From: the human T2T-CHM13v2.0 reference genome, Homo sapiens
NCBI RefSeq assembly: GCF_009914755.1
Contig: NC_060934.1
Length of the DNA: 64,000 nucleotides
Direction: 5' to 3' (one strand)
A model generated the notes under the pieces. It had not been told where the DNA came from and searched no databases. It saw nothing but the letters and a program-made list of their open reading frames with translations. Below are positions 1-17,334 of the stretch, one piece after another; the first letter of the stretch is position 1, and the number at the start of each line of letters is the position of its first letter. The position numbers and the translations under genes are program-made.

Positions 1-745
1 GCAGACGAAATCTGCTGTTAGTGGACCACAGGTTCTCATAGAGAAGAGAGAGAATAAACAAGTAAACAAAGCAATTTTACAATACGAGTGCTATGAAGAA
101 AAATTTTTAAATGGTGTATTCCAGAATTGTGCTGTCCAGCACAGTAACCACTAGCCCGCATGTAACTGTTGGGCACTTGATTCGTGGCTCATCCAAATTG
201 AGATGTGCTGGTAAGCATAAAATGCACACCAGTTTTCAAAGACTTTGTTCAAGAAGAAAAATATAAAATATCTTAATTTTTAAAAATTTTGATTACATGG
301 TAAAATAATTTAATCTTGGATACATAAGGTTAAAATATTACAAAAGTTACTTTTAGCTGTTTTTACTTTTTAAAATCTTGCTGCTAAAGAACTTCAAATG
401 ACATATGTGGCTCATATTTGCAGTGTTCCTTGTATTTCTATCAGATAGTTCTGTACTAGGGAACGCAGGTTGGGAATCTTTAGGAAGGTGTTGTGAGAGG
501 GTGACAATTTAGGCTGAAACCTGAAAAATGAGGGGAACAAGAAGACCTGGAAGATTGTGGGAAAGAATTTGGTGAAATTGACATAAAATCACAGGGGCAG
601 AAGTTGAGTGAGATGCTGGACCAAGGCTAAGAGAAGGAAGGAGGGTAGAGTAGACAGGAGCTAGACCAAAAAGAAGATTGCAAGGAATTCGGATTTTATT
701 CTAAATGCAAATGGGCATCACTTTAAAAGCCAAAGAATAATCTGT
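1..745 (-). mobile_element. L2 fragment interrupted by MER33
   Basis: L2-like phrases (gagtgctatgaagaaaa; gtgacaatttaggctgaaacctgaa; ggattttattctaaatgcaaatggg) on both sides of the MER33. Confidence 0.6.
128..453 (-). mobile_element. MER33 (hAT-Charlie DNA transposon relic)
   Basis: tgctgtccagcacagtaaccactagc...ttgagatgtgctg...acatatgtggctcat; about 325 bp. Confidence 0.8.
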
Positions 746-924
746 TTTACACAAGGCAACAGATCAACAACTTGTGGCCGATCTAGTTGGAGACAGGAAT
801 TATTCTTAGAGGAAAAAAGGGGTTCCCTAGACAGGCATCATTGTTATGCGGGAGTCCAACTCTCTGAATCTGGCTATTGGTCCTGCCTGCTTTTCCTTTC
901 TGTTTATAAAATGATAAGCAATGA

Positions 925-1305
<381 letters not shown>

Positions 1306-2298
1306 TAACTGGCTCTGCTGCTAAGATACAGTTCTAGAGCCTTATTGTTTGTTCCTTATTTATTTCTAAGACATTCAAGGACTTCTAAGGGAGGTAAGTA
1401 TTTGTGGGTTTTGGTTATGAGATGTTAAATGACATAATTTAAAATTCCGAGTCCAAAAGAGGAAATGTAATGACTAATTGGAAGAGCAGTTTTCGCCAGA
1501 AGTTCGGTGGGTGGACAGGCAGTCCAGGTGACAGGTCAGCTGTCTTCTCCTGGGTCCCTCTGAGCACTCAAATCAGTATGACCCAAGGCTTTTTGACCAA
1601 TTTCCAAGGACTGAGCTGTAGTGGTGGAGAGCAATGTTTCTATTTGCCTTGCCTTCTGGCTGCGAAAGGAGAAGGCAGAGACATTTTGAAAGTGATAAAT
1701 TATCATTAGTTATTTCACTGAAGAAGCAGCTTGCAAAAAGCATTACTCATGGTTGCCAGCCCTAGATGATATCCCTTTGTGGTTTTGAATTGTGCTGCCT
1801 GTGTAGAGGATCCATTCAAATGCCTCTCCTCTCTCCCAGCTCCCACCTGGTCTCTGTTGCCTTCATTACTATTCTAGCAAAACTGGCCTTTCAGTTAGGT
1901 TTTTGCTTTCTGGTTTGCAGCAGGAAATCTCAGCAGATAAAGTTCTCTGAACATAAGGTTTCTTTAAGCCACGGGTTTTTTTTTTTTTAAAGAATTAATT
2001 GAGAAGCCATTACTACATTTTGAAGAGTATGGGGAAATCATTTTTTTTTGAATTATTCATAAACATGTATAGACAAATTTAGTTCCTGCTCTCAATTCTG
2101 GCGTTCTGAAGCTTAACGACCAGCAAACATATCCTCTAATTTGCTGTAAATATGTTTAATTTCTTTTATTGGCAGAGCAAATGGAGAAGCTGTTTGCTAA
2201 GGACTTTGTGACTTTCACATCTGTAGCTCTAATCCTGTTAATTTCAAAATGCGACCATATTTTTATTCCTATTTTCATTTTAGGAAAAGGGATTCCTA

Positions 2299-2623
2299 GG
2301 CCCAGTGCAGTGGCTCATACCTATAATCCCAACACTTTGGGAGGCTGAGGCAAGAGGATCACTTGAGGCCAGGAGTTTGGGATCAGCCTAGGCAACATAG
2401 CAAGACCTTGTCTCTACGAAAATAGAATTTAAAAAATTAGCTGGATGTGGTGGCATGAGCTGGTAGTCCCAGCTACTCAGGAGGCTAAGGTGGGAGGATG
2501 GCTTGTGCCCAGGAGTTTGAGGTTACAGTGAACTATGACTGTGTCACTATACTCTACCCTGGGCAACAGAAAGAGACCCTATCTCTAAAAGAAGAAAAGC
2601 AGGAAAAAAAAAAGAAAAGAAAA
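2299..2623 (+). mobile_element. AluJ
   Basis: Dimeric Alu with J-type diagnostics; TSD aaaaggg(a/g)ttcct. Confidence 0.92.
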
Positions 2624-3924
2624 AGGGGTTCCTTTACAGAACTGTTTTCTACCTAAACCAGGAGGCGTGCCTACATATAATTTCTTCAGTACAACATCTG
2701 TGTAATCCAAGTTTGATTCAAACTGGCTGCTAACATTTTAATCCTACCCATTACTGCCTCATGGGTAACTCAGCACTTAAAAGCACTTAAAAGGTGATGT
2801 GGTGTGTATTTCCAGGTTTCTGGTTATCCCACACATACTGCAAATACCCAGGCTTCTGAGTATTTCTGAGATAAAACAGCCCCAGAACAGAATAAATCAG
2901 TATTATATCTAGAACTCCTTTTTCCAGCTAGTTTCGGTCATTAAGAGTTCAACACCTGCTGAGTCATAACCCTTTGCTACACCTCAGGCCAGTGAACACC
3001 TGGATGACACCACTGTCTCTAGTTCCTGGGAAGGGTCCATGAGCTCATTCAACTGGACTAGGATTCTCTAGGAAGTCAATCAGTCCAGACTTTGCAGGAG
3101 GCTTTTGGCACTTCACCACATCAGCTGTTCTTTCTGACTAGATGGCATGAGGTCAGATGAGGTTCTGGCTCACCAGGCCCATCATTACTTGAATTTCCAG
3201 GTCTTGGTCTGCACGGGACCCAGCTTCCACAGATCAAGTCACTAACGGCTGCTCCAAGTGGGCCTCAACAAGATCCCCAAGAGAATCAACTTGATACCCT
3301 AATCCAGGCAAGCTCCCTAATGGCTCAGAAAGCAACATCTCTCCCTTCCTTCAATCTGTTTTGTCCAAACCTCTCTGTGTTTTATCTTCCTGACTCAATC
3401 TCTCAATGTTCCCACCTCTTGAATTCTCTCCACTGTTGGCTGATTCCATGGTAAATGAACAGGGATCTCTCCCTAGTGTTCCCGTAGCCCTGCCTACTGC
3501 ATGGAGGCTGGGCGTTCCTGACCCCACGCAAAGGACTTCAGGGATGGGAACAATGGTTGGAATTCTCCTTTATCCTCTATGGTGTTTCGAGACCCTTATT
3601 GTTTCACAGCCTGCACGAAACACTCATGCTTCCGTGAAGTTCAAACTCTGTTATTTCAACTTGTTCTTTTCACCCATGGAACTTCTGGCTACTTCTCCAA
3701 ATTTATCAAAATTTTGGTAACTGATTCTTAGCCTTCCACTCTGCTCTGGACCATGGTTGTAAATATGTTCCTGCCAAGCTCTTCAATTACAGACTTTAAA
3801 AAAATAAGTTCAATGGGCACTTTTTCTCCTTGTCCTAAGCCATTAGAATGCAACCTTGACACGATAACCTTCCCTGGATCTCTCTTTTGATGAATTTATT
3901 TTCTCCTTCACTTCATATGAAATG

Positions 3925-3985
3925 GGCTTAGTACAGTGCCTGGCACATTGTAGGCACTCAAATGTCTGAATGGGAATATGAATGG
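3925..3985 (+). mobile_element. L2/MIR 3' end fragment
   Basis: cttagtacagtgcctggcacattgtaggcactcaaatg. Confidence 0.55.
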
Positions 3986-4294
3986 GATATAAAGCAAAAT
4001 TAGAGCTTTTCACATGCTTATAATTTAATTGAGGAAAATTGATATACATATTTGAAAAAGGTCCTGTGTCCTCTGGGAGTTCAAAGAACATGGACAGTGT
4101 ACCAGATTTGACATGCAATGAGTACACACTGAGCTTGGGACCAGAGGCAGATGAGAAGTAGAGGGGCCCTGTGATGACGCAAGGCAGCAGAGCCTGTGTG
4201 AAGTCAGGGTAGGGAATGTCAGCTTGAAAATCATTCTCCTGCAGGTTGCACTTAAAGCGGGGAGAGAAACAACCCACCAGTTTTAAGGATGTTA

Positions 4295-4802
<508 letters not shown>

Positions 4803-4907
4803 TTAGAAAAACGATTCCTTATCCCTTTAGGGGGAAATTTCAGAGATGTTAGAATCAAAATAACTTCAGATGTTACAATTTTCTCTTTATTTTGTATCTG
4901 ATTTCAG

Positions 4908-5115
4908 TGTATGGAAACCAAAACGCTGCAGAAAAAATCTGGAATAGTGAGCAGTGAAGGTGCTAATGAAAGTACGCTTCCTCAGTTGGCAGCCATGATC
5001 ATTACTTTGTCCCTCCAGGGTGTTTGTCTGGGACAAGGAAACTTGCCTTCCCCAGACTACTTTACAGAATATATTTTCAGTTCCTTGAATCGTACGAATA
5101 CACTCCGCCTATCAG
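4908..5115 (+). CDS. SLC39A12: ZIP12 exon 4 ([10 protein letters not shown]...NTLRLS), phase 0-1
   Basis: Acceptor atttcag|TGT, donor CAG|gtaagg; overlaps ORF 4911..5240. Confidence 0.97.
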
Positions 5116-5729
5116 GTAAGGATGTTTTCACGAATTTAACTTCCAAGTCACACCTGCTAAATAAACTATGCCAAAAACAAAGGCCAAAGCTCTTGATGAC
5201 TGAATTCGTTCAGGTATGTTTTAAATACCATTTTTTATAGAGTCATAAAGTCAGACAGCTTATGTGGCCTTTCAAGGCAAGCGTGCTATGAAAGCTATGC
5301 GGTGATGAGGCAAAAACATGGACTTGGCCTATTTCTAAGTGATTGGAATTGTGGATGTAAAGGGAGGAGGCGATTTTATGATCTGCCATAAATACTAACT
5401 GAATAGTTTCTTATTTGGGACATAATGCTGGGCCAGGCCTAACAAACTGCTGTGTAGAATGAAAGAATAGTATTCTAAATTGTGCAAGACATTTGGCAGC
5501 AGTTTCCTTGCAATCATGAAAGCCATTTAATTTCAAATAGAAGTAATGTGAAATAGCCATCCTTGCTGCATTCCTGACTACCTTACCTGCTTTTTGGGGA
5601 TCCAGGATGAAATAGGATGTCAGAACTGGAATTAGAATGTTTGTTTTGCACATTTGTTTGTACTTGAGAAGACATTAAAAATGAAATGACTAATTCTTAA
5701 CATACTCACCAAAATGCCCCTGAGATGGA

Positions 5730-6035
5730 TTTTTGTTGTTGTTGTTGTTTTTAGAGACAGGGTCTCATTCTGTTGCCCAGACTCAAGTGCAGTGGTGGGA
5801 CCGTAATTCACTGTAACCTCCAACTCTTGAGCCCAAGCAAGCCTCCCACTCCAGCCTCCTGAGTAGCTGAAACTACAGCTGTGTGTCACCATGCCCAGCT
5901 AATTTTCTTATTTTTTGTAGAGACAGGGGTCTCACTATGTTGCCCAGGCTGGTCTCTGATTCCTGGCCTCAAGTGATCGCCTGCCTTGGCCTCCTAAAGT
6001 GCTGGGACTATAGGAGTGTGCTACTGTGCCCAGTT
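5730..6035 (-). mobile_element. AluJ with (TTG)n tail
   Basis: Reverse-complement Alu. Confidence 0.92.
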
Positions 6036-6051
6036 GGATTTTATTTTTTTA

Positions 6052-6410
<359 letters not shown>

Positions 6411-6419
6411 TTCAGTTAG

Positions 6420-8055
<1,636 letters not shown>

Positions 8056-10092
8056 TCCTTTTTTCTTTTTCTTTTTTCAAATTTTCGTGGGTACATAGTA
8101 GGTGTATGTATTTATGGGGTACATAAAATGTTTTGCTACAGGCATGCAATGTGTAATAATGACATCATAGAGAATGGGGTATCCATCCCTTCAAGCATTT
8201 ATTGTTTGTGTTACCAACAGTCCAATTATATTCTTAGTTATTTTAATATTAATATTTACAATTAAGTTATTATTGACTATAGTTATCATGTCGTGCTATC
8301 AAATAATAGGTCTTATTCTTTCTAATTAATTTTGTTATACCCATTAACTATCCCCCTCCCTCAGTACATTTCCCAACCTCTGGAAACCATCCTTCTATTC
8401 TCTATGTCCATGAGTTTGATTGTTTTGATTTTTAGATCCCACAAATAAGTGAGAATATGCAATGTTTGTCTTTCTGTGCTTGGCTTATTTCACTTAACAT
8501 AGTGTTTTCCAGTTTCATCCATGTTGTTGCAAATGACTTGATCTCATTCTTTTTTATGGCTGAATGGTATTCCATTGTGTATATGTACCACATTTTCTTT
8601 ATCCATTCATCCATTGATAGACACTTAGGTTGCTTCCAGATCTTAGGTATCATGAACAGTGCTGTGACAAAAATGAGAGTGCAGATATCTCTTCAATATA
8701 CTAAGTTCGTTCTTTTGGGTATATACCCAGTGGTGGGATTGTTGGTCATATGGTAGCTCAATTTTTAGTTTTTTTGAGAAACCTCCTGATCGTTCTCCAT
8801 AGGGGTCATACTAACTTACATTCCCACCAACAGTGCACCAGTGTTCCCTTTTCTCCATATCCTTGCCAGTACTTTTTATTGCCTGTCTTTTGGCTATAAC
8901 CCGTTTTAACAGGGGTGAGGTTATATTTCATTGTAGTTTTGATTTGCATTTCTCTGATGATCAGTGACATTGAGCACCTTTTCATATTCCTGTTTGCCAT
9001 TTGTATGTCTTATTTTGAGACATGTCTATTCAGATCTTTTGCCCATTTTTGGATCAAATTATTAGATTTTTTCCTCTAGAGTTGTTTGAGCTCCTTGTAT
9101 ATTCTGGTTATTAATTCCTGGTGAGATGAGTAGCTCGCAAATATTTTCTCCCATTCTGTGGGTTGTCACTTCACTTTGTTGTTTCTTTTGCTGTGCAGCT
9201 TTGTAACTTGATGTGATCCCACTTGTCCACTTTTAGTTTGATTGCCTACGCCTGTGGAGTATTACTCAGGAAATTTTCGACCAGACCAATGTCCTCAAGA
9301 TTTTCCCCAACGTTTTCTTGTAGTATTTCATAGTCTGAAATCTTAGATTTAAGTCTTTAATCCATTTTGATTTGATTTGATTTTTGTATATGATGAGAGA
9401 TGGGTTCTGGTTTCATTCTTCTGCATGGGGATGTTCAGTTTTCCCAGCACCATTTATTGAAGAGACTGTCTTTTCCCCAGTGTATGTTCTTGGGACCTGT
9501 GTCTAAAATGAGTTCACTTTAGGTGTGTGTATTTGTTGCTGGGTTCTTTATTGTGTTCCATTGGTCTCTGTGTCTGTTTTTATGCCAGTACTTCCTGTTT
9601 TGGTGACTGTAGCTCTGTAATACAGTTTGAAGTCAGGTAACGTGATTCCTCTAGTTTGGTTCTTTTGCTCAGGATAGTTTTGACTGTTCTGGATCTTTTG
9701 TGATTCCATATAAATTTTAGGGTAGTTTTTTCTATTTCTGTGAAGAATATCATTGATATTGTCATAGGGATTGCAATGAATCAGTAGATTACTTTGGAAA
9801 GTATGGACATTTTAACAATATTTATTTTTCCAATCCATGAATATGGAATGCTTTCCATTTTCTTGGTGTCTTCTTCAGTTTCTTTCATCAGTGTTTTGTC
9901 ATTTTCATTGTAGAAATCTTTCATTTCTTTGGTTAATTCCTAGGCATTTAATTTTATTTGTGGCTATTGTAAATGGGATTACATTTTTATTTCTTTTTCA
10001 GATTGTTCACTGTTGGCATATAGAAATGCTACCGATTTTTGTATGTTGATGTTGTATTCTGCAACTTTATTGGATTTTCTTATCAGTTCTAA

Positions 10093-10098
<6 letters not shown>

Positions 10099-10136
<38 letters not shown>
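10099..10136. repeat. (GT)19 microsatellite
   Basis: Direct read. Confidence 0.97.
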
Positions 10137-10140
<4 letters not shown>

Positions 10141-10677
10141 GAAACATAAATTGTGTCATCTGTAAACAAGGATAATTTGACTTCTTCCATTCCAATTTGG
10201 ATGCCCTTTATTTCTATCTCTTGTCTGATTGCTGTAGCTAGGATGTCCAGTACTATGTTTAATAACAGTGGTGACAATGGGCATCCTTGTCATGTTCCAG
10301 ATCTGAGAGAAAGGGCTTTCAGTTTGTTCTCATTCATTATGATACTAGCTCTGAGTCTAATATATATAGCTTTTATTATGTTGAGATATGTTCCTTCTAT
10401 ACCCCATTTTTTAGGGTTTTTATCATGAAAGGATGTTGAATTTCATCAAATGCTTTTTCAGTATCAATTGAAATGATCATATGATTTTTGTTGTTTATTT
10501 GGTTGATGTGATGTATTACATCGACTGATTTGCATATGTTGAACCAACCTTGCATCCTAGCTAGGGCATAAATCCCACTTAGTCATTATGAATGATCTTT
10601 TTAATGGATTGTTGAATTCAATTGCTAGTATTTTGTTGAGGATTTTTGCATCACTGTTCATCAGAGATATTGGCCTG

Positions 10678-10732
10678 CCCCTCCCCTCCCCTCCCCTCCC
10701 CTCCCCTCCCCTCCCCTCCCCTCCCCTCCCCT
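10678..10732. repeat. (CCCCT)11 pentanucleotide repeat
   Basis: Direct read. Confidence 0.97.
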
Positions 10733-13700
10733 TCCTTTCCTGATGTGTCTTTGGTTTGGGTATTAGGGCAATATTGGCCTCATGGAATGAGTTCGGAAGT
10801 ACTCCCTCCTCCTCTATTTTTTGGAATAGTTTGAATAGAATTGGTATTAGTGCTTCTTAAATGTTTGGTAGAATTCAGCAGTGAAGCCACTGTGTCCTGG
10901 GCTTTTCTTTACAGGGAGGATTTTTATTATGGCTTTAATCTCATCACTCGTTATTGGACTGTTCAGTTTTTGGATTTCTTCCTGGTTTAATCATGGTAGG
11001 TTGTATGTGTCTAGGAATTTGTCCATTTCTTCTAGATTTTTCAAATTTATTGGCGTATGGTTACTCATAGTAGCCATTAATGATCTTTTGAATTTCTGCA
11101 GTATCAGTTGTAATGTCTCTTTTTTCATTTCTGATTTTATTTATTTGGATCTTTTTTCTTTTTTTCTTAGTCTGCTTAAAGGCTTGTCAATGTTCTTTAA
11201 CTTTTCACAAAACCAACTTTTTGTTTCATTGATCTTTTGTATTGTTTTCTTCCTTCAAATTCATTTACTTCTGCTCTAATCTTTATTATTTCTTTGCTTC
11301 TACTCATTTTAGGTTTGGTTTGCTCTTGCTGCTCTAGTTCTTTAAGATGCATTGTTAGATTGTTAATTTGAAATCTCCTCTTTTTCGATGTAGGCACTTA
11401 TAGCTATAAACTTTCCTCTTAGCACCACTTTTGTTGTTTCTCATAGGATTTGGTATGTTGTGTTTCCATTATCATTTGTTTCAAGACGTTTTTCTATTTC
11501 CTTGTTAATTTATTCATTGATCCATTGGTCATTCAGGAGCTATTGTTTAATTTCCATATATTTGCATAGTTTTCAAAAATTCCTCTTGTTATTGATTTCT
11601 AGTTTTATTTCATTGTGGTCAGAGAAGATGCTTGATGTTATTTCAATTTTTTAAAAAATATGTTGAGACTAGTTTTGTGACCTAACGTATGGTCTGTCCT
11701 TGAGAATCACCCATGTGCTGAAGAAAAGAATGTTTATTCTGCAGCTGTTGGATGAAATGTTCTGTAAATATATATTAGATCCATTTGGTTGTATAGTGCA
11801 GATGAAGTTTAATGTTACTTTGTTGATTTTCTGTCTGGAAGATCTCTCTAATGCTGACAGTGGGGTGTTGAAGTCTCCAGCTGTTATTGTACTGTGGCTT
11901 ATGTCTCTCTGTAGCTCTAACAATATTTGCTTTATGTATCTGGGTGCTCCAGTGTTGAGTGCATATATATTTAAAATTATTAAGTCCTCTTGCTGGATTG
12001 ACACTTTTATCATTATATAGTGACCTTTGTCCCTTCTTACAGTCTTTGTCTTGAAATCTATTGTGTCTGATATAAGGATAGTGACTCCTGCTTTTATTTT
12101 TGGTTTCCATTGGCATGGAGTATCTTTTTCTGTCCCTTTATTTTTAGTCTATGTGTGTATTTATAGGTGAAGTGTGTTTCTTATAGGCAATAGATCAATG
12201 GTCTTATTTTTTTTTTATCTATTCTGCTAGTCTGTGTCTTTTGATTGGAGAGTTTAGTTCATTTCCATTCAATATTATTATTGATAAGTGAGGACTCGCT
12301 CCTGCCATTTTGTTATTTGTTTTCTGGTTGTTTTATGGTCATTTTCTTTCCTTTCTGTCTTCCTTTAGTGAAGGTGATTTTCTCTGGTGTTATGATTTAG
12401 TTTCTTGCTTTTATTTTTAGTGTATCCATTGTATGTTTTCTGTTTTGAGGTTATCATGAGATTTGCAAATACTATCTTATAATCCATTATTTTAAACTGA
12501 CAGAAACTTAGCACTGTTTGTATAAACAAAAACCAAGCAAAAAGAACATTAATAAAAACTTTGTGCCTTAATTGTGTCCCCCAACTTTTAAACTTTTTGT
12601 TGTTTCTATTTATATCACATTGTGCTGTCTATGTCTTGAAGAGTTGTTGTAGTTATTGTATTTCATTAGTTTATTATTTAGTCTTCCTACTTAGGATGGG
12701 AGTAGTTTACACAACAGTTACAGTGTTATAGAATTCTGTGTTTTTCTGTGTAATTACTAGTGAGTTTTTTACCTTCAGGTGATTATTATTATTTATTAAC
12801 ATCTATTTCTTTCTGATTGAAGTAGTCCCTTTAGCATTTCTTATAGGACTGGTCTAGAATTAATAAAATCCCTCAGCTTTTGCTTGTCTAGGAAAATCTT
12901 TATTTCTCCTTCATGTTTGAAGGATATTTTCACAGGATATACTATTCTAGGGTAACAGTTTTCTTCCTTTAGCACTTTAAATATGTTATGCCACTCTCTC
13001 GTGGCCTGTAAGTTTTCCACTGAAAAGTCTGCTGTCAGACATGTTGGAGTTCCATTGTATATTTGTTCCTTTTCTCCTCCTGCTTTTAGGATCCTTTCTT
13101 TATCTTTGATCTTTGGTAGTTTGCTTATTAAATGCCTTGAGGTAGTCGTCTTTGGGTCAAATCTGCTTGGTGTTCTATAACCTTCTTGTACTTGGATATT
13201 GATGGCTTTCTTTAGGGTTGGGAAGTTCTCTGTTATTATCCTTTTGAATAAACTTTCTACCCCTATCTCTCTCCCCATCTCCTCTTTGAGGCCAATAACT
13301 CAGATTTGCTAGATTCAGTAGTCGTGCTTTATTTTTTTTTTAATTCTTTTGTCTCCTCTGTGTATTTTCAAATAGACCCTGTCTTGCAAGCTTACTAATT
13401 TTTTCTTCCACTTGATCAGTTCTGCTATTAAGACTCTGATGAATTCTTCAGTATGCCAGTTGCATTTTTTAGCTCCAGAATTTTTTAAATTATTTTTAAA
13501 TTATTTAATATTTTAAAATATTTTATTTTTAATTATTGGGTTCTTTTTAATAATTTTAATCTTTGTTAAATTTATCTGAGTTCTGAATTCCTTCTCTGTG
13601 TTATCTTAAATTTCACTGAGTTTCCTCAAAACAGCCATTTTGAATTCTATATCTGAAAAGTCACATATCTCTGTTTCTCCAGAATTGTTGCCTGGTGCCT

Positions 13701-15690
13701 TATTTAATTCATTCGGCGAGGTCATTTTTTTCCTGGAATATCTTGATACTTGTAGATATTCGTTTGTGTCTGGGCATTGAAGAGTTAAGTATTTATTGTA
13801 GTCATCACTGTCTGGGCTTGTTTGTACTCACTGTTCTTGGGAAGGCTTTCCAGATAGTACAAAGGACTTAGGTGTATGATCTATGCTGTATCTGCTTTAG
13901 GATACAGATCTGCTATATCTTCACCCCAAACCCTGTTAACACCGTAGTTCTTGCAGACTTATACAGATATCTGGTCCTGGACAAGATCCTGGAGAATTCT
14001 TTGGATTACCAGGCAGAGACTCTTGTTCTCTTCCCTTTCTCCTAAACAAATGGAGTCTCTCACTCTCTGTTCTGAGTCACCTGAAACTGACAGTGTACTG
14101 ACACAAGCACCACTGTGGCCACCACCACTATGACCACACTGGGTTAGACCTGAAGCCAGCACAGCACTGGGTCTCACCCGAGGCCCACTGTAACCACTCC
14201 CCGGCTATGTTTGCTCAAGGCCTTGGGACTCTACAATTAGCAGGTGGTGAAGCCAGCCAGGCTTGTGTTCTACTCTTCAGGGTGACAAGTTACCCCAGTT
14301 CCCAGGCAGGTCCAGAGGTGCCATACAGGAGCCAGGAACTAGAGTCAAAACCTTAGAAGTCTACCTGGTGTTCTACCGTATTGCAGCTGAATTGGCACTC
14401 GAATCACAAGACGTAGTCCTTCTCACTCTTCCCTTCCCTTTACAAAGGCAGAGGAGCCTTACTCTGTGGCCAGCACCACCACAGGTCCATGGGGAGAGCT
14501 GCCACACTACTGCCAATGTTCCCTTAAGGCCCAAGGGCTCTTGAATCAACTTCTGGTGAATGCTGCCTACCCTAGGACTCACCCTTCAGGTCAGTGGGCT
14601 CCCCTAGGCCCAGGACAGGTCCAGAAATCCCATCCAAGGGCCAAGTCCTGGAATCTCAGGCCCCCCACCCCAAGAGTCTGCTTGGTGCTCTAACACACTG
14701 TGGCTAAGGTGATACCTGAAGCCAGCAAATCTCAGAGCCTCACCCAAGGACCTTGACATAGTACTTGGGTATCACTGCTGGTTGTTTAGGGTCCAAGAGC
14801 TCTTCAGTTAGCAGGTGACAAGTCCTGCCCGGACTGGGTCCTTCCCTTCAAGGCAGCAGGTTCCTTTCTGGCCCAGGGCATGTCTAGAAATGTTGTCTGA
14901 GAGCTAGGACCTGGAAACAGGACCTTGCAACTCTAACCACTGCCCCATCCTGCTGTGGCTGAGCTGGTATCCAAGATGCAATGCAGAGTCCTCCCCACTC
15001 TTTCCTCTCCATTCCTTAAGTGGAAGTAAGGGGTATCTTTTGGGTAATGAGCTGTGCAGCCTGGGGTTAGGGAAGGGGTAATACCAGCATTGTTCTGGCT
15101 GGTGTCTCAGTAGGTCATGTGCCCCACTGTCGAAGTCCAGTGTCTCTGGGTCCAGTACAGCACTAGGACTCATGTAAAAGTCGCCGTCCTTGTGGCCTAG
15201 ACTGCCTTTCAAGTTTATTAGCACCCCAGAGCACTTTAGCCTGAGGTGGCAAGGCTTGTGGGGGAAGTCAGGTTCTAACTGCTAGGATCAGGGGTTCCCC
15301 TCTGGCTAGGGCTGGTTTAAATGCTTCCTCCATGGGCAGATGTCAGCTGAGTTTGGTCCTGTTTTCCTTTCTGCTTTAACAGGACAGCATTGAGTTCAAT
15401 GCCTCAAAATTGCCATGCCCCCCTACTGTCAGCACCCAGAGATGCTCTCTGCACCACACTGCTGCTACTGGGGAGGTGGGAGAGGGGTGACATCAGAGAT
15501 TCAAGACTGTTTTTTCTGCCTCTTCAGTGCCTATTTCAGTAATATGAAGTTAAAACCAGGTATAACGAGGGCTCACCTGAATTTTAGTTTGTATGAAGGT
15601 GCTTTTCTTGTGTAGATAGTTGTTAAATTGGTGTCCTTGTGGGGAGATGATTGGTGGAGGCTTCTATTCTGCCATCTTACTCTGCCTCCT

Positions 15691-16770
<1,080 letters not shown>

Positions 16771-17334
16771 CTGTTGATAACACTTAGGAAAATTCTGTTT
16801 TAATCATAAGTAAGAAGATGTATAAATCCATATAAATTTACTGTTATGTTTATTTCTTCTTTGTACACATTATTTTTTAAAAGCCTAGAGCTATACTGAG
16901 GGAAACTAATCTGTGATCTTTAAATTGACTGCCATACCATAGTTGCATTAGAAAACAAGATCTAGTTTGTTTCTAGAATCTTATCTCCCTTTCACGGCTT
17001 TTCTTTCTTTTGCATATACACTTAAAAGGAAAACAATTTGATTGACTTAACTAAAGTAATAATTAATCTATGATGGATGTATAATGCCTCCAGGGAATAA
17101 TTTCCTAAGGATTAGGCCAGTTTCATCTTTAATTTACATTTTTATAGAAAAAGAAAATCCTTGACGCAATGGAAGGCATTTTCGTGGGTGGAAATGTCCA
17201 TTCTGTCATCTCTAGGGCTTAAAAAATGATAAGAATTCTTTGTAAGGGAATATCTATGCTGTAGCTATGTGAAATTGTGACTATTCGGAACTTATCTATT
17301 CTATGTGACACCAGATTTTATATGAAATTTCTAG

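Larger units (their letters stand above)
8058..15690 (-). mobile_element. Near full-length L1MA (L1MA1/2-like, ~7.6 kb), antisense: 3'UTR ~8058-8430, decayed ORF2 ~8430-12308, spacer, ORF1 ~12840-13800, monomeric 5'UTR ~13800-15690
   Basis: ORF-track fragments with L1 ORF2 C-terminus (WIKKMWYIYTMEY), RT (SPLLLNIVL...SLFTDD), EN (LNIYALNTGAP...GDFNTPLS) and ORF1 (IQVQEGYRTP...YPVKISF); L1MA-type 3' end. Confidence 0.92.

Noticed and set aside
223-229. MTF-1 metal response elements (TGCRCNC) in a zinc transporter gene
   Set aside because: Hits at 223, ~17794 and in most Alu right arms are isolated, mostly repeat-derived and expected by chance.
3843-4277. 144-aa minus-strand ORF and other non-exonic ORFs in the track
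   Set aside because: No recognisable domain or splice structure. Most listed ORFs are Alu, L1 or LTR translations, or exon read-throughs.
8058-15690. Potentially active full-length L1
   Set aside because: ORF1 and ORF2 are broken by many stops, frameshifts and microsatellites; old subfamily.
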